A stretch of DNA of 64,000 bases from assembly GCA_038231435.1 (NCBI GenBank), contig JBBRLJ010000018.1, positions 1-64,000 on the forward strand, written 5' to 3'. Under the pieces are notes generated by a model that worked only from the letters and a program-made list of their open reading frames with translations, was not told the origin of the DNA and searched no databases. The number at the start of each line of letters is the position of its first letter. The first letter of the stretch is position 1. The position numbers were made by a program, and so were the translations under genes. Shown here piece after piece: positions 8,840 to 18,059 of the stretch. This stretch comes from Planctomycetota bacterium. Lineage in GTDB: Bacteria > Planctomycetota > UBA11346.

Positions 8840-10393
8840 ATGGACGACATCCCCAACATCCTGATGGTGGAGGACAACCTCGGCGACGCGGTGCTGCTGC
8901 GCGAGTACCTCAGTGAGTGCCGCTTCGCCTGCGTCATCCGCCATTGTCGGATGCTCTCCGAGGCCCAGACGGCGCTCGCCGAGGGCACCTTCCAGATCGT
9001 GCTGCTCGACCTCATCCTGCCCGACAGCAAGGGCATGCCGACGTTCAACGCGGTGCACAAGCAGGCGCCCGGCGTGCCGATCGTGATCCTCACCGGATTC
9101 GCCGACGAGGAGCTCGCATCCCAGGCGGTGAAACTGGGCGCACAGGATTATCTGCCCAAGGACGACATCAACGGTACCCAGCTGACTCGCACCATCCGCT
9201 ACGCGATCGAGCGCAAGCGCGCGGAGCAGGTGCTGCATCAGGCCAAGGAGGCCGCCGAGGCAGCGAACAAGGCCAAGGACCGCTTCCTCGCCTCGCTCTC
9301 GCACGAGCTGCGCACGCCGCTCACCCCGGTGCTTACCCAGGTGCAGATGCTCGAACGCGATCCGCAGCTGACTCCGGAGCTGCGCGAAGCCATGGGCATG
9401 ATCAGGCGCAACATCGAGCTCGAGGCGCGGCTGATCGACGACCTCCTCGACCTGACGCGCGTCACTTCCGGCAAGATGGAGTTGCGGCCGCAAGTGGTGG
9501 ATGTCCATCGCCTGATCAGGCACAGCATCGAGATCTGCCGCCGCGACATCGACATCAAGCACATCGCGCTCGACGTCCATCTGTCCGCCAGCGAGGCCAC
9601 CATCCGTGCCGACCCGGACCGCCTGCAGCAGGTGTTCTGGAACCTGCTCATCAACGCGGTGAAGTTCACGCCCGCCACGGGCAGGATCCGCATAACGACG
9701 GCCAATCCTAAACCCGGACGCGTCTCGATCGCGATCAGCGACACCGGCGTCGGCATCGATCCCGAGGTGCTACCGCGCATCTTCGAGGCATTCGAGCAAG
9801 GCGGCCGGACGATCACCCGTAAATTCGGCGGCCTCGGCCTGGGGCTCGCGATCACGCGCTCGATCGTCAATCTTCACGAAGGTACGCTCGTCGCGAGCAG
9901 CGAGGGAGACGGCAAGGGCTCATCGTTCACTGTCGACCTCAAGACCGTCGTCGGCGAGGCCCAGGCGTCATCCAAGCAGCTCGCAGTCGCCGCCGGCGTC
10001 TCGCGCCGACTGGCGATCCTGTTGGTCGAGGACGACGACAACACCGCCAAGGTGATGTCCATGCTGCTGCGCGGTTTCGGGCACGACGTGTTCCATGCCC
10101 GCACCGTCGAGACCGCGGTGGAGCGGGCGGCGGCCTCGCCACCCGATCTTCTGATCAGCGATATCGGCCTGCCCGACGGCACCGGGCACGACGTCATCCG
10201 CCGGATCCGTGAGCGCATGCCTCAGCTGAAGGCGGTCGTGATCAGCGGGTATGGAACCGTCGAGGACGTGCGCGAAAGCTTGCGCGCCGGCTTCGCGAAG
10301 CACCTGACCAAGCCGTTCGGTGAGCGAGCGCTCCTGGACGCGATCGCCGAGGTGACCAATCCTGCCGCGACGGGACAAGCCTCCGCGACCTGA
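8840..10393 (+). CDS. Hybrid sensor histidine kinase (REC-HisKA-HATPase-REC), cytoplasmic
   Basis: N-terminal REC (VLLDLILPD), SHELRTPL, NLLINAVKFT, DTGVGI, GLGLGL, C-terminal REC (LISDIGLPD). Confidence 0.93.
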   Translation: MDDIPNILMVEDNLGDAVLLREYLSECRFACVIRHCRMLSEAQTALAEGTFQIVLLDLILPDSKGMPTFNAVHKQAPGVPIVILTGFADEELASQAVKLGAQDYLPKDDINGTQLTRTIRYAIERKRAEQVLHQAKEAAEAANKAKDRFLASLSHELRTPLTPVLTQVQMLERDPQLTPELREAMGMIRRNIELEARLIDDLLDLTRVTSGKMELRPQVVDVHRLIRHSIEICRRDIDIKHIALDVHLSASEATIRADPDRLQQVFWNLLINAVKFTPATGRIRITTANPKPGRVSIAISDTGVGIDPEVLPRIFEAFEQGGRTITRKFGGLGLGLAITRSIVNLHEGTLVASSEGDGKGSSFTVDLKTVVGEAQASSKQLAVAAGVSRRLAILLVEDDDNTAKVMSMLLRGFGHDVFHARTVETAVERAAASPPDLLISDIGLPDGTGHDVIRRIRERMPQLKAVVISGYGTVEDVRESLRAGFAKHLTKPFGERALLDAIAEVTNPAATGQASAT

Positions 10394-10420
10394 TCATTGG
10401 TCCCTATCCTATCGCCTGCA

Positions 10421-10466
10421 CCGGGTACCGGGTACCGGGTATAGGGTATAGGGTATAGGGTATAGG
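10421..10466. repeat. Heptamer tandem repeat (CCGGGTA)3(TAGGGTA)3TAGG
   Basis: Directly visible. Confidence 0.9.
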
Positions 10467-10592
10467 AGAGCGCACCGATTGGTCTGCTTGCGACCGAGAG
10501 CTGTGCAGATTGGCCAATGGATGTGTCTCAGGTTTGGCGATCCCGCGATGGGACGTTCATGTGATGCGTGCTACAATGTGCGTTCTCGATCA

Positions 10593-10607
10593 GCAATACA
10601 TTATTGC
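10593..10607. promoter_or_regulatory. Palindromic operator candidate GCAATA-CAT-TATTGC
   Basis: Perfect 6-bp inverted repeat in an AT-rich stretch about 60 bp upstream of the lipoprotein start. Confidence 0.45.
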
Positions 10608-10664
10608 ACACAATCAGCACCACATCAGCACCAGCACCACATTCGTTTCGCATGGGAATACAAC

Positions 10665-12455
10665 ATGAACACCCGCCACACCATTCCCCTCGTCGCCAGT
10701 GCGCTCGCCATCGCCATGCTAGGCGGTTGTCACCGCGACGACCGTAGCGCCGCGAATTACCGTTCGTCGTCCGACTACGCCAGCCCTTACGACCAGGATC
10801 CGCGCGGTTCGGGTCGCGACCAATGGTCCGCCCAGGCCGAGTCGCGCCCTGATCGCGACCAGTCGGGGCAGGCTCAGGGCTCATCGAGCGGATCCGTCTC
10901 CAACTCATCGACGAGCGAGGACGGTTTCAGCACCCAGGACAACGGCACCTCATCGTCATCGTCGACCGTCGGCGGATCAGGGCTTGGTATCCAGCAGCAG
11001 AACCATTACGCCGGCACTCCCGGCATCGACAATCCGCTGCCGTTGTACGGCAGCAGCACGATCCGTGACACCACGGTGTACCCCAACAGCTCCTACCCAA
11101 ACTACCCAAACACAGTCTACCAGGGCGGTCAGAACAGTGGCGTCGGGGCCGTCGTTCCTCCGAGCAGCCCGCTCAGCGGCCCGGGGATACCGGCCAATGA
11201 CGCCGCCAGTGGCACCGGCTCATCGGCCACGAATCCAGCCGGCGCGACCGGTAGCAACGCGGGCGCGACCGGAAGCAATGCCGGCAGCACCAGCGGCACC
11301 GGTTCCAACGCTGCCGGAAACGGGACCTCGGGCACTGGCTCCAGCAGCGCCTCCGCCACCGGTGCCACCAACAATGCGGGCGTCGCCGTGAGCAAGAGTG
11401 GCAACGGCACTGGCACTTCCGTCCAAGGCTCTGGCACCAGCGTGAACAACGGCTCGCTCGGCAGCGGCACCTCCAGCACCGCGGGGACCGCCGGCAACGG
11501 CACCGCCAGTGATCCGTCGATCGTCGGTAGCGGTACGTCGGTCCAGCCGTCGACGCAAGGAAGCGGCTCAGCGATCGGATCCGGAACCTCTGGTTCCGGG
11601 GTGGGGACACAGGGCAATGGGACCGGCGTCGTGAATGGCACCCAGGGATCGGGCACCAGCGTCTCGGGCGGCACGATCGGTAACGGCACCGCGAGCAACG
11701 CCGCGGTGGTCGGCAGCGGCACCGCCCCGCTCGCTGCCGGTACCAGCGCGGCGGTGGTCGGCGGTGGCGTGGGTTCTGGAACCAGTCTCGATAACAGCCA
11801 GGTCGGCTCGGGAACCAGCGCGACTGTACCCGCGACCACCGGCGGCTCGCTGAGCACCAATCCTGGCGGCACGTCGACGCTTCCTGGAACCACCGGGGTG
11901 AACGGCAACAGCACCATCGGTGGCTTCAGTGCCGGTAGCGCTGGCGGAGTCGGCGGCGCCAACGCGACTTCAGCTGGAACCGGATTGAACGGCGCCAACA
12001 GTGGCACACCGAGCTCGAACAGCGCCTTCGGCAACAACGGCAACCAGTCCGTATCCGGCGGCGGTACCCCGAGCTCCAACAGCGCCTTCGGCAATAGCGG
12101 CAGCCAGGGTGTCGCGGGCACGCCCAGTTCCAACAGCACCTTCGGGCTCAGTGGCAGCGGAACTCCCTCGGGCACCGGCTTGGGAAATTCCGGAACCAGC
12201 AGCGGCTTCGGCCTGAACGGTTCATCGACAGGCAGCGCCCCGGGAGCCAGCGGATCGTTCGGCATCCCGTCGGGTAGCGGCTCTGCGAGCGGCGCGACCG
12301 GCACCAGCGGCACCGGCTCGAGCAACGGTACCGGACTGGGCAATTCGGGGACGAGTAACGGCAGCGGGGCTTCCACCGGCAGTACCGGCGCGGGCACCTC
12401 TGGCAGCGGTTCCTCGGCTGGAGCCGGCGCCGGCGGTGGCGCGGGAGGCAAGTGA
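10665..12455 (+). CDS. Gly/Ser/Thr/Asn-rich low-complexity lipoprotein
   Basis: MNTRHTIPLVASALAIAMLGG|C lipobox; long G-x-G-T-S repeats; GTPSSNS(A/T)FG x3. Confidence 0.75.
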   Translation: MNTRHTIPLVASALAIAMLGGCHRDDRSAANYRSSSDYASPYDQDPRGSGRDQWSAQAESRPDRDQSGQAQGSSSGSVSNSSTSEDGFSTQDNGTSSSSSTVGGSGLGIQQQNHYAGTPGIDNPLPLYGSSTIRDTTVYPNSSYPNYPNTVYQGGQNSGVGAVVPPSSPLSGPGIPANDAASGTGSSATNPAGATGSNAGATGSNAGSTSGTGSNAAGNGTSGTGSSSASATGATNNAGVAVSKSGNGTGTSVQGSGTSVNNGSLGSGTSSTAGTAGNGTASDPSIVGSGTSVQPSTQGSGSAIGSGTSGSGVGTQGNGTGVVNGTQGSGTSVSGGTIGNGTASNAAVVGSGTAPLAAGTSAAVVGGGVGSGTSLDNSQVGSGTSATVPATTGGSLSTNPGGTSTLPGTTGVNGNSTIGGFSAGSAGGVGGANATSAGTGLNGANSGTPSSNSAFGNNGNQSVSGGGTPSSNSAFGNSGSQGVAGTPSSNSTFGLSGSGTPSGTGLGNSGTSSGFGLNGSSTGSAPGASGSFGIPSGSGSASGATGTSGTGSSNGTGLGNSGTSNGSGASTGSTGAGTSGSGSSAGAGAGGGAGGK

Positions 12456-12529
12456 TCCAGCTGCCATACGCCTCGGTGCGCGCTTGACGGCGCATTCCTG
12501 ACTCGGCGCGAGGATCATGGACAACACAC

Positions 12530-12566
12530 GAGGAGCCGGCCCTATGGGCCGGCTCCTCTGTTTTTT
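12530..12566 (+). terminator. Intrinsic terminator between the convergent lipoprotein and hcp genes
   Basis: Perfect 13-bp stem GAGGAGCCGGCCC-TAT-GGGCCGGCTCCTC followed by TGTTTTTT. Confidence 0.85.
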
Positions 12567-12580
12567 CATGGCGTCCGCAC

Positions 12581-13126
12581 TCAGGACTTTGCGCCAGCTC
12601 CACCGCCGTCGCCGCCGCCACCCTCTCCGCCCTCGCCACCGGCCTCGACTGCCTCGTTCCAGTCGTCGGTGGCCATGGTCTTGGCGTCGACGTTCTCCCA
12701 GGTGATCTTTTGGAAAGTCAGCGCGATCTCCTCGTAGAAGTCCTGCGCCGACTTCTCCCGGTTCGAATCGGGCACGATGAATTTGGCGGTGGAGATGGTC
12801 GCATTATTCAAAGTGATGGTGAAATAGGTCTTCTCGGTGCCGTCTTCGGCGGTGCGCACGAAACTGAACTTCACCTGCTTCAGCAGTTCGTTCGTGCAAA
12901 GTGCCTGCGCGATCATGGGCGAAGCCGCGCCCACGCGCTTGCGGAAGAGCACCGGGGCATGGCGCCGCCGGCCGCTGGCTTGGCCGCTCAAGGGATCGCG
13001 TGGTGACGCGACCGCCGACTCGAAATAGAAGCCCTCGATCTGATCCTTGTACTTGGTTCGCGTGCTCTCGCCGCTGAACTTGGTCTGCTTGGTTCCTTCG
13101 ATGCTGACGTAGAATTCGTATGCCAT
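12581..13126 (-). CDS. hcp: Type VI secretion tube protein Hcp
   Basis: IEGTKQ..F.GES, SPRDPLSGQASGRRRH, ASPMIAQALCTNE, YFTITLNNATIS, EEIALTFQKITW. Confidence 0.93.
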   Translation of the reverse strand: MAYEFYVSIEGTKQTKFSGESTRTKYKDQIEGFYFESAVASPRDPLSGQASGRRRHAPVLFRKRVGAASPMIAQALCTNELLKQVKFSFVRTAEDGTEKTYFTITLNNATISTAKFIVPDSNREKSAQDFYEEIALTFQKITWENVDAKTMATDDWNEAVEAGGEGGEGGGGDGGGAGAKS

Positions 13127-13195
13127 GGGGTCCTCGTGGTTCCTGGTGATGTGGCCTCGCGGCCTGGTGTGGTGGTGGGTGTCGAATGGGGGGAA

Positions 13196-14023
13196 TCAGG
13201 GGCGTTCATTGTCCGGGCCGATGCCGAGCGATTTCCAGATGCCCGTCTTTGCTTCGGGAGATCCGGACAGAAGTTCGGCGAAGACCTCGGCGAAGCCCTT
13301 GCCGCTCCAGGCTAGGGCGCGCTGAAGCAGCGGCCCGATGGGGCTGTGCGGTTCGCAGCGCTGGAAGTAGAGAGCGGCCTCGGTGAGCCTGCGGATGGCC
13401 TGCACGCGCGAGCCGAGCATCGGCTCGCGCGCGGGGGACGCGGAATCCTCGACCGGCCGCTCTTCCGCATGCCCGTCTCCTTCGGAGATCGCGGCGTGCT
13501 GATCTGGCACTGCGAGCAGCCGGGTGAGTGCGGCGAAGCCGGCGTCGGCCCCGTCGAATCGCGAGCGGCACATATCCGCGAGCTCGTGGGCGAATCGCCC
13601 GCACGCGGCGCTGGCGTCGGGATCCGGCACACATGCGGCCATCTGCCGGGCCGCGCGTTCACCGAGCCATTGCAACGCGGAGCGGCGGGCGCGCAGACGA
13701 TCCTCTGGCGGCTGGAGCGTCGGCCAGCGCTCCTTCATCAAATTCCGCACCAGCGCCAGCCCGGCGGCCAGTCCAGCGAGGCCGTGGGTGCGTTGCAAGG
13801 CATGGGCAAGGTACGCCGCGACCAGCAGGTCGGAAGAGCCGGCCAGCACGCGCATGGCCTGGTCGCGCACCGTGCTCCAGCTGACTTCTCCAGCCTGGAC
13901 CGAATCGAGCTTGGCGATCTCGGCCGCCACCGCCGCGAAGGCGGGAGTGTCGCGCGCCGAACCATCAGGCGAGGCGGATTCCATCCCCAAGCGGGGAACG
14001 GGTTCGAGATCCATGGGGTTCAT
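13196..14023 (-). CDS. tssA: Type VI secretion protein TssA (short ImpA_N type)
   Basis: ImpA_N motifs (W..V......L..SSDLLVAAYL, GLAAGL, WPTLQP..R.RAR..AL.WL) and C-terminal EPHSPIGPLLQRALAW. Confidence 0.82.
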   Translation of the reverse strand: MNPMDLEPVPRLGMESASPDGSARDTPAFAAVAAEIAKLDSVQAGEVSWSTVRDQAMRVLAGSSDLLVAAYLAHALQRTHGLAGLAAGLALVRNLMKERWPTLQPPEDRLRARRSALQWLGERAARQMAACVPDPDASAACGRFAHELADMCRSRFDGADAGFAALTRLLAVPDQHAAISEGDGHAEERPVEDSASPAREPMLGSRVQAIRRLTEAALYFQRCEPHSPIGPLLQRALAWSGKGFAEVFAELLSGSPEAKTGIWKSLGIGPDNERP

Positions 14024-14024
14024 G

Positions 14025-17000
14025 TCAGAATCCGATCGATTCAGGGATGGTGAAATCAGCGAAGACGTCTCCAACCAGCACCCGCTCGAAACCTGATCCA
14101 GAGAGCAGGCCGTCGGCCCTCGAGATCGCGTCCCGCCCCACCGCCTGGTTGTCGAAGCGCCAGGTGCACAGGTACGAACCGTCCGGACGTGCTTGCGGAT
14201 CTCCGGCGCGGAGCAGACGCATCAGACCCCATGGCTGGCCGCTGAAATCCAACGACAGGGCCTGACCGGTGACCACCGTGATCGAGAGCTTTGCGTTGGC
14301 GCTGCAGCCTTCCTTCCAGGAGAATTCGCCTTTCGCGTCGGGGCGGTCGTAGACGCCGAACACCCGGTCGCAGAGGGCGACATGGATGTCCTTCACGCCT
14401 TCGCGAAGCCGCAGCGCAAGGGTGAATGGCGCGCACAGTCGTTCACCACCGACGAAGCATCCGCTGGCCACCTGCTGGGCCTTGGCATGCATGCGTTCGT
14501 ATTCCTTGGACAGCGGCACGACTTCCGCTCCGACGGCGCGGATGCGGTGCAGGTCGTCGATGGCATTGGCCGTGGCCCAGTAGGTTCCGGACACCGGGTT
14601 GAACATGCGTGCGAACGCCGCCAGTGGTACGTCGTCGCTAGCTGCCGGATCGAAGGGGAAGAACTTGGCGCAACGCTCCAGATACGGCACCCGGACCTTC
14701 TCAAGCCACGCGTGATCCAACTCGGTGGTCAGGTCGCGGGTGACCGAAGCGAGGATCGACTGGAGCAGCCCTTGCAATCCCTTGAGGATCGCGGCCTGAC
14801 GTAACGGCTGGTCGATGGTCTTGGCGGACAGGGAGATCTTGGCCCAAGCCGCGTCGAAGGACTCGGCCAGATCGCGCACCCGCTTCGGATCGGCAGAGCG
14901 CTTGCCGGGTTCAGTGGCGCCAGCGAAGCGCTCCAGATCCTTGGCCAGGTCGCGGACCGCCTCGAGCGCGGGCTCGAGCCAGCCGACATCCCCGTCCCCG
15001 GTGAACGTGCGCAGGTCGATCGTCCCGAGCTGCAGATGATCCGCTTTCCAGACCGCTTTCACCAGCTCCCGGTACGGCGATTGCGCCCCCACCAGGAGCG
15101 CCATACGGCCTGGCAACTCGCGCACGTCGACGACTCCATGGAACCGGGTCGATGACAGCAGATCCATCCAGTGCTGATCGAAATCCTCGCGGAAACGCTG
15201 CTCGAGGCGGCCCACGATCTCGCCAGTCGGTTTCCTCAGGCGTAGGATGCCGAAGCGTTGCGCCACGACCGCCGCTCGCGCGCGCAGCGCGGGCCTGACC
15301 GACACGTCGAACGCCTTCTGGGTGTAGATCTCCGAGAATTCCCCGCCGGTATCGATCAGGTCGCGGAAGGGCCCGAACACCAGACTGTCCCGCCGCACCT
15401 GGGGAAACGAGCCTTGGAGGGCGTTGATGGTCTCGTCATAGGCCTCGCGGATCCACAGCGAGTCGGCGAGCTCGTATTCGATCTGTTCGACGAGATGGCG
15501 ATCGGCATCGATGCCAGCGCCGACTACGTCACCGAGGTGAGTCGACAGGAATGCGAGTTGACGCTGGGCCAGCGCCTCGACCTCGGGCGAGGCCGAAGGC
15601 GAAGCGCCCGAGGCTTCGATTCCCGCGAACCAGCGACGTCCCCTCGACAAGGCGTGGACGATGGTCGCCACATCGGACTCGAGCGAACCCGTCAGCATGC
15701 GATATGCCCGCAGCGATTCGTAGAGATCGTCCGCTATCCCAGGTTGCTGCGGACGGGCCGAATCGAGCCGCAGGTGTTCGAGATCGGCGTGCAGGCGCGC
15801 GACGCACGGTGCCAGCAAGAGCGGTTCCAGGCGTTGGCGATACGCGCGGCACAGCAAGACCGACAAGGTGCTCGCGAACGGGCGCGAGGCTTGCGAGGCC
15901 GCCACCGCCACGTCGTCCAGGGACGCCAAGACGCTCTTCACGTCGCCTCCGCGCGTGGTCTCCTGCAGCTTCTGCAGCGGATAGCGAGATGCATGCGCGA
16001 GACCCACCACCGCGCTGCCGGACCACAGCATCCATGCGACGGCGATCCCACAGCAGATCGGCGCGCCCACGCGTGCCAACCAGCCCACAAAGCGACGACG
16101 GCGCAGCAGGCCGTCGGACGGGCGCGCCAGGTGGCGGTCGCCGATGATGCCCCAGGCGAATGCCTCGCGCAGGAATAATCCCGCATGGCCGCCGGCGGCG
16201 GCATGGTCATTGCCGAGACCGAACTGGCTCACCTTCAGGAACACGCTCGCCGCGGGAGCGGGCGCCGAGGCCGAGCTCTTCGCGGCGACGACTCCCTGGA
16301 ACGGCAGTCGCAGCGGCGGGCGCGGACTCGCGACCGCGCTCGAGAAATAGAAACCGCGTACCGCCATGCCTCCATCGCCTCGACCGATTTCGCAGATGAA
16401 ATCCGCGATCCATGCGCGCACCGCGGCGAACTGTCCGGGAAATTGGTAGATCTTCCGGGCCTGGTCCTCATTCGCGGCTCCCTGCAGAATGGCGAGGCGC
16501 CGCGCCTGGGCCCCCGAACCCAATCGAACAAGCTCGGACGCCACCGCATCGGCGCCGGAGCGTGCGGGATCGTTCGGCCACTGCAGCGTCCCACCCCAGG
16601 CCTGATCGCGCTCGCCAGCGGAGAGACCGCTGAAGAAATCCTTGAAGCCACCGATGAGATCGCATTTCGTGAACAGGACGTGCACCGGACATGAAACCCC
16701 GAGACGATCGGCGACCTCGGCGATGCGCTCGCGCGCGACTGCCGCCTCGCGCTGCAGCGCACCGGCATCCAGAGCGATCAGATCGGTGATGCCGATGGCA
16801 AGGACCACTCCGTTCAACCGTCCAGCTCCCTTGCGGGCGCGGACCAGTGACAACAGCTCCAGCCATTCGCCGCGGCTCGAGGGATCGCTGAGGTAGCGGC
16901 CAGCGGTATCGAGGATCGACACGTTCGCACCCCGCCACCAGGCGCAGTTCTCGGTTCCGCCGTCCCCCTCGCTCGCCCCGGCAATAGCGAGACCCAGCCC

Positions 17001-17357
17001 GGATTCGCGAAGGGCGGTGGTCTTGCCGCAACCCGCCGCCCCGATCAGCACGTAGAACGGCGCCGAAGCGAAGGATGCGCGCGTGGCCGGCGAGGCATCG
17101 ATCGCCCGCATCGCCACCGTGAAGCCGTTTCGCATCGCCGTGAGCCTGGAGGCGCGCCCGGCCTCGGCGGGATCGATGGCGCGAGCACGCCGCGATCGTA
17201 GAGCGCGCAGGCTTGCCCGGATCGCCCAGGGAACCACCAATGCGGCCAGCGTGCAGCCGAGGATCCATGAGCGGTCTATGCGCAGCAGCCAACCGCTGCC
17301 GAAGACCAGGGCGGCGCAGACGCCGACGATGCGGAAGCGGGAGATCTCACGAACCAT
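14025..17357 (-). CDS. tssM: Type VI secretion membrane protein TssM/IcmF
   Basis: Walker A GAAGCGKT, DTAGRY, LNGVVL, PVHVLFTKCDLIGGFKDFF, RGFYFSS, TM segments, C-terminal GQPWGLMRLL. Confidence 0.9.
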   Translation of the reverse strand: MVREISRFRIVGVCAALVFGSGWLLRIDRSWILGCTLAALVVPWAIRASLRALRSRRARAIDPAEAGRASRLTAMRNGFTVAMRAIDASPATRASFASAPFYVLIGAAGCGKTTALRESGLGLAIAGASEGDGGTENCAWWRGANVSILDTAGRYLSDPSSRGEWLELLSLVRARKGAGRLNGVVLAIGITDLIALDAGALQREAAVARERIAEVADRLGVSCPVHVLFTKCDLIGGFKDFFSGLSAGERDQAWGGTLQWPNDPARSGADAVASELVRLGSGAQARRLAILQGAANEDQARKIYQFPGQFAAVRAWIADFICEIGRGDGGMAVRGFYFSSAVASPRPPLRLPFQGVVAAKSSASAPAPAASVFLKVSQFGLGNDHAAAGGHAGLFLREAFAWGIIGDRHLARPSDGLLRRRRFVGWLARVGAPICCGIAVAWMLWSGSAVVGLAHASRYPLQKLQETTRGGDVKSVLASLDDVAVAASQASRPFASTLSVLLCRAYRQRLEPLLLAPCVARLHADLEHLRLDSARPQQPGIADDLYESLRAYRMLTGSLESDVATIVHALSRGRRWFAGIEASGASPSASPEVEALAQRQLAFLSTHLGDVVGAGIDADRHLVEQIEYELADSLWIREAYDETINALQGSFPQVRRDSLVFGPFRDLIDTGGEFSEIYTQKAFDVSVRPALRARAAVVAQRFGILRLRKPTGEIVGRLEQRFREDFDQHWMDLLSSTRFHGVVDVRELPGRMALLVGAQSPYRELVKAVWKADHLQLGTIDLRTFTGDGDVGWLEPALEAVRDLAKDLERFAGATEPGKRSADPKRVRDLAESFDAAWAKISLSAKTIDQPLRQAAILKGLQGLLQSILASVTRDLTTELDHAWLEKVRVPYLERCAKFFPFDPAASDDVPLAAFARMFNPVSGTYWATANAIDDLHRIRAVGAEVVPLSKEYERMHAKAQQVASGCFVGGERLCAPFTLALRLREGVKDIHVALCDRVFGVYDRPDAKGEFSWKEGCSANAKLSITVVTGQALSLDFSGQPWGLMRLLRAGDPQARPDGSYLCTWRFDNQAVGRDAISRADGLLSGSGFERVLVGDVFADFTIPESIGF

Positions 17358-18057
17358 GGGACACCTCGCCGATGGATGCCGCGAGCGCGTCCACCGCGCC
17401 CGCGACCCAGGCCTCGACGAATATCCACGCCAGGACCACGGCGAACACCGAGGCCAACGGTGCCACCCAAACCAGCACGCCCGACGACAGCGCCTGAGCG
17501 ACGATCACGGGTTCGGGAGTAGGGCCGCGAGTGGCTTCTACTCCACGGCCGCGCTGGAGATCGCTCGCGATCTGCTGGACGAGGAGCCTGCGCCGCTCGA
17601 GCCCGCGCTCGTCCGCCAGCTTGCCTCGGAATCCGAGAGCGATGCACAATCCATACACTTCGAGCACCTCACCGAGCTCTGGCGCGGCGCGCACGGCTTC
17701 GAGCTTGATGTAGAATTCCTCCCCTGCCGAGAAGTCGTCGAAGTAGCGCAGCTGCAGCGGTTCCGACGCCCAGCGAGAGCGCGCCGACAGGTCGGAAGCC
17801 AGGATGCGTTCATCGATCCAGGCGCACAGCGCGTATTTGGCCAGCCGCACCGCATCCGCGGCGATGCCGGAGCGTTGCGCCTTGGACTCGAGCTCGGCGA
17901 AAGCCTCGTGGAATCGCCCGCCCAGCTGCTCAGCGGTGGCGGTGAGTTCGCTTTCCAGCGAGCAGGCGAGCTTGACCACGCCGGTGCAATGGTCGGCCAG
18001 CGACATCGCGGACCGCCTCGGGGACACGGTCGAGGAGCCGCTCGGGGACATGGGCAT
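17347..18057 (-). CDS. tssL: Type VI secretion protein TssL/DotU (no OmpA domain)
   Basis: AKYALCAWIDE, W...PLQLRYF, AGEEFY, VLEVY.LC.ALGFRGK, C-terminal TM; GGAG RBS. Confidence 0.9.
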   Translation of the reverse strand: MPMSPSGSSTVSPRRSAMSLADHCTGVVKLACSLESELTATAEQLGGRFHEAFAELESKAQRSGIAADAVRLAKYALCAWIDERILASDLSARSRWASEPLQLRYFDDFSAGEEFYIKLEAVRAAPELGEVLEVYGLCIALGFRGKLADERGLERRRLLVQQIASDLQRGRGVEATRGPTPEPVIVAQALSSGVLVWVAPLASVFAVVLAWIFVEAWVAGAVDALAASIGEVSHGS

Positions 18058-18059
18058 GT

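Noticed and set aside
11129..12451. 440-aa Pro/Val/Leu-rich minus-strand ORF
   Set aside because: Mirror of the Gly/Ser/Thr codons of the plus-strand lipoprotein, which has a lipobox and a downstream terminator.
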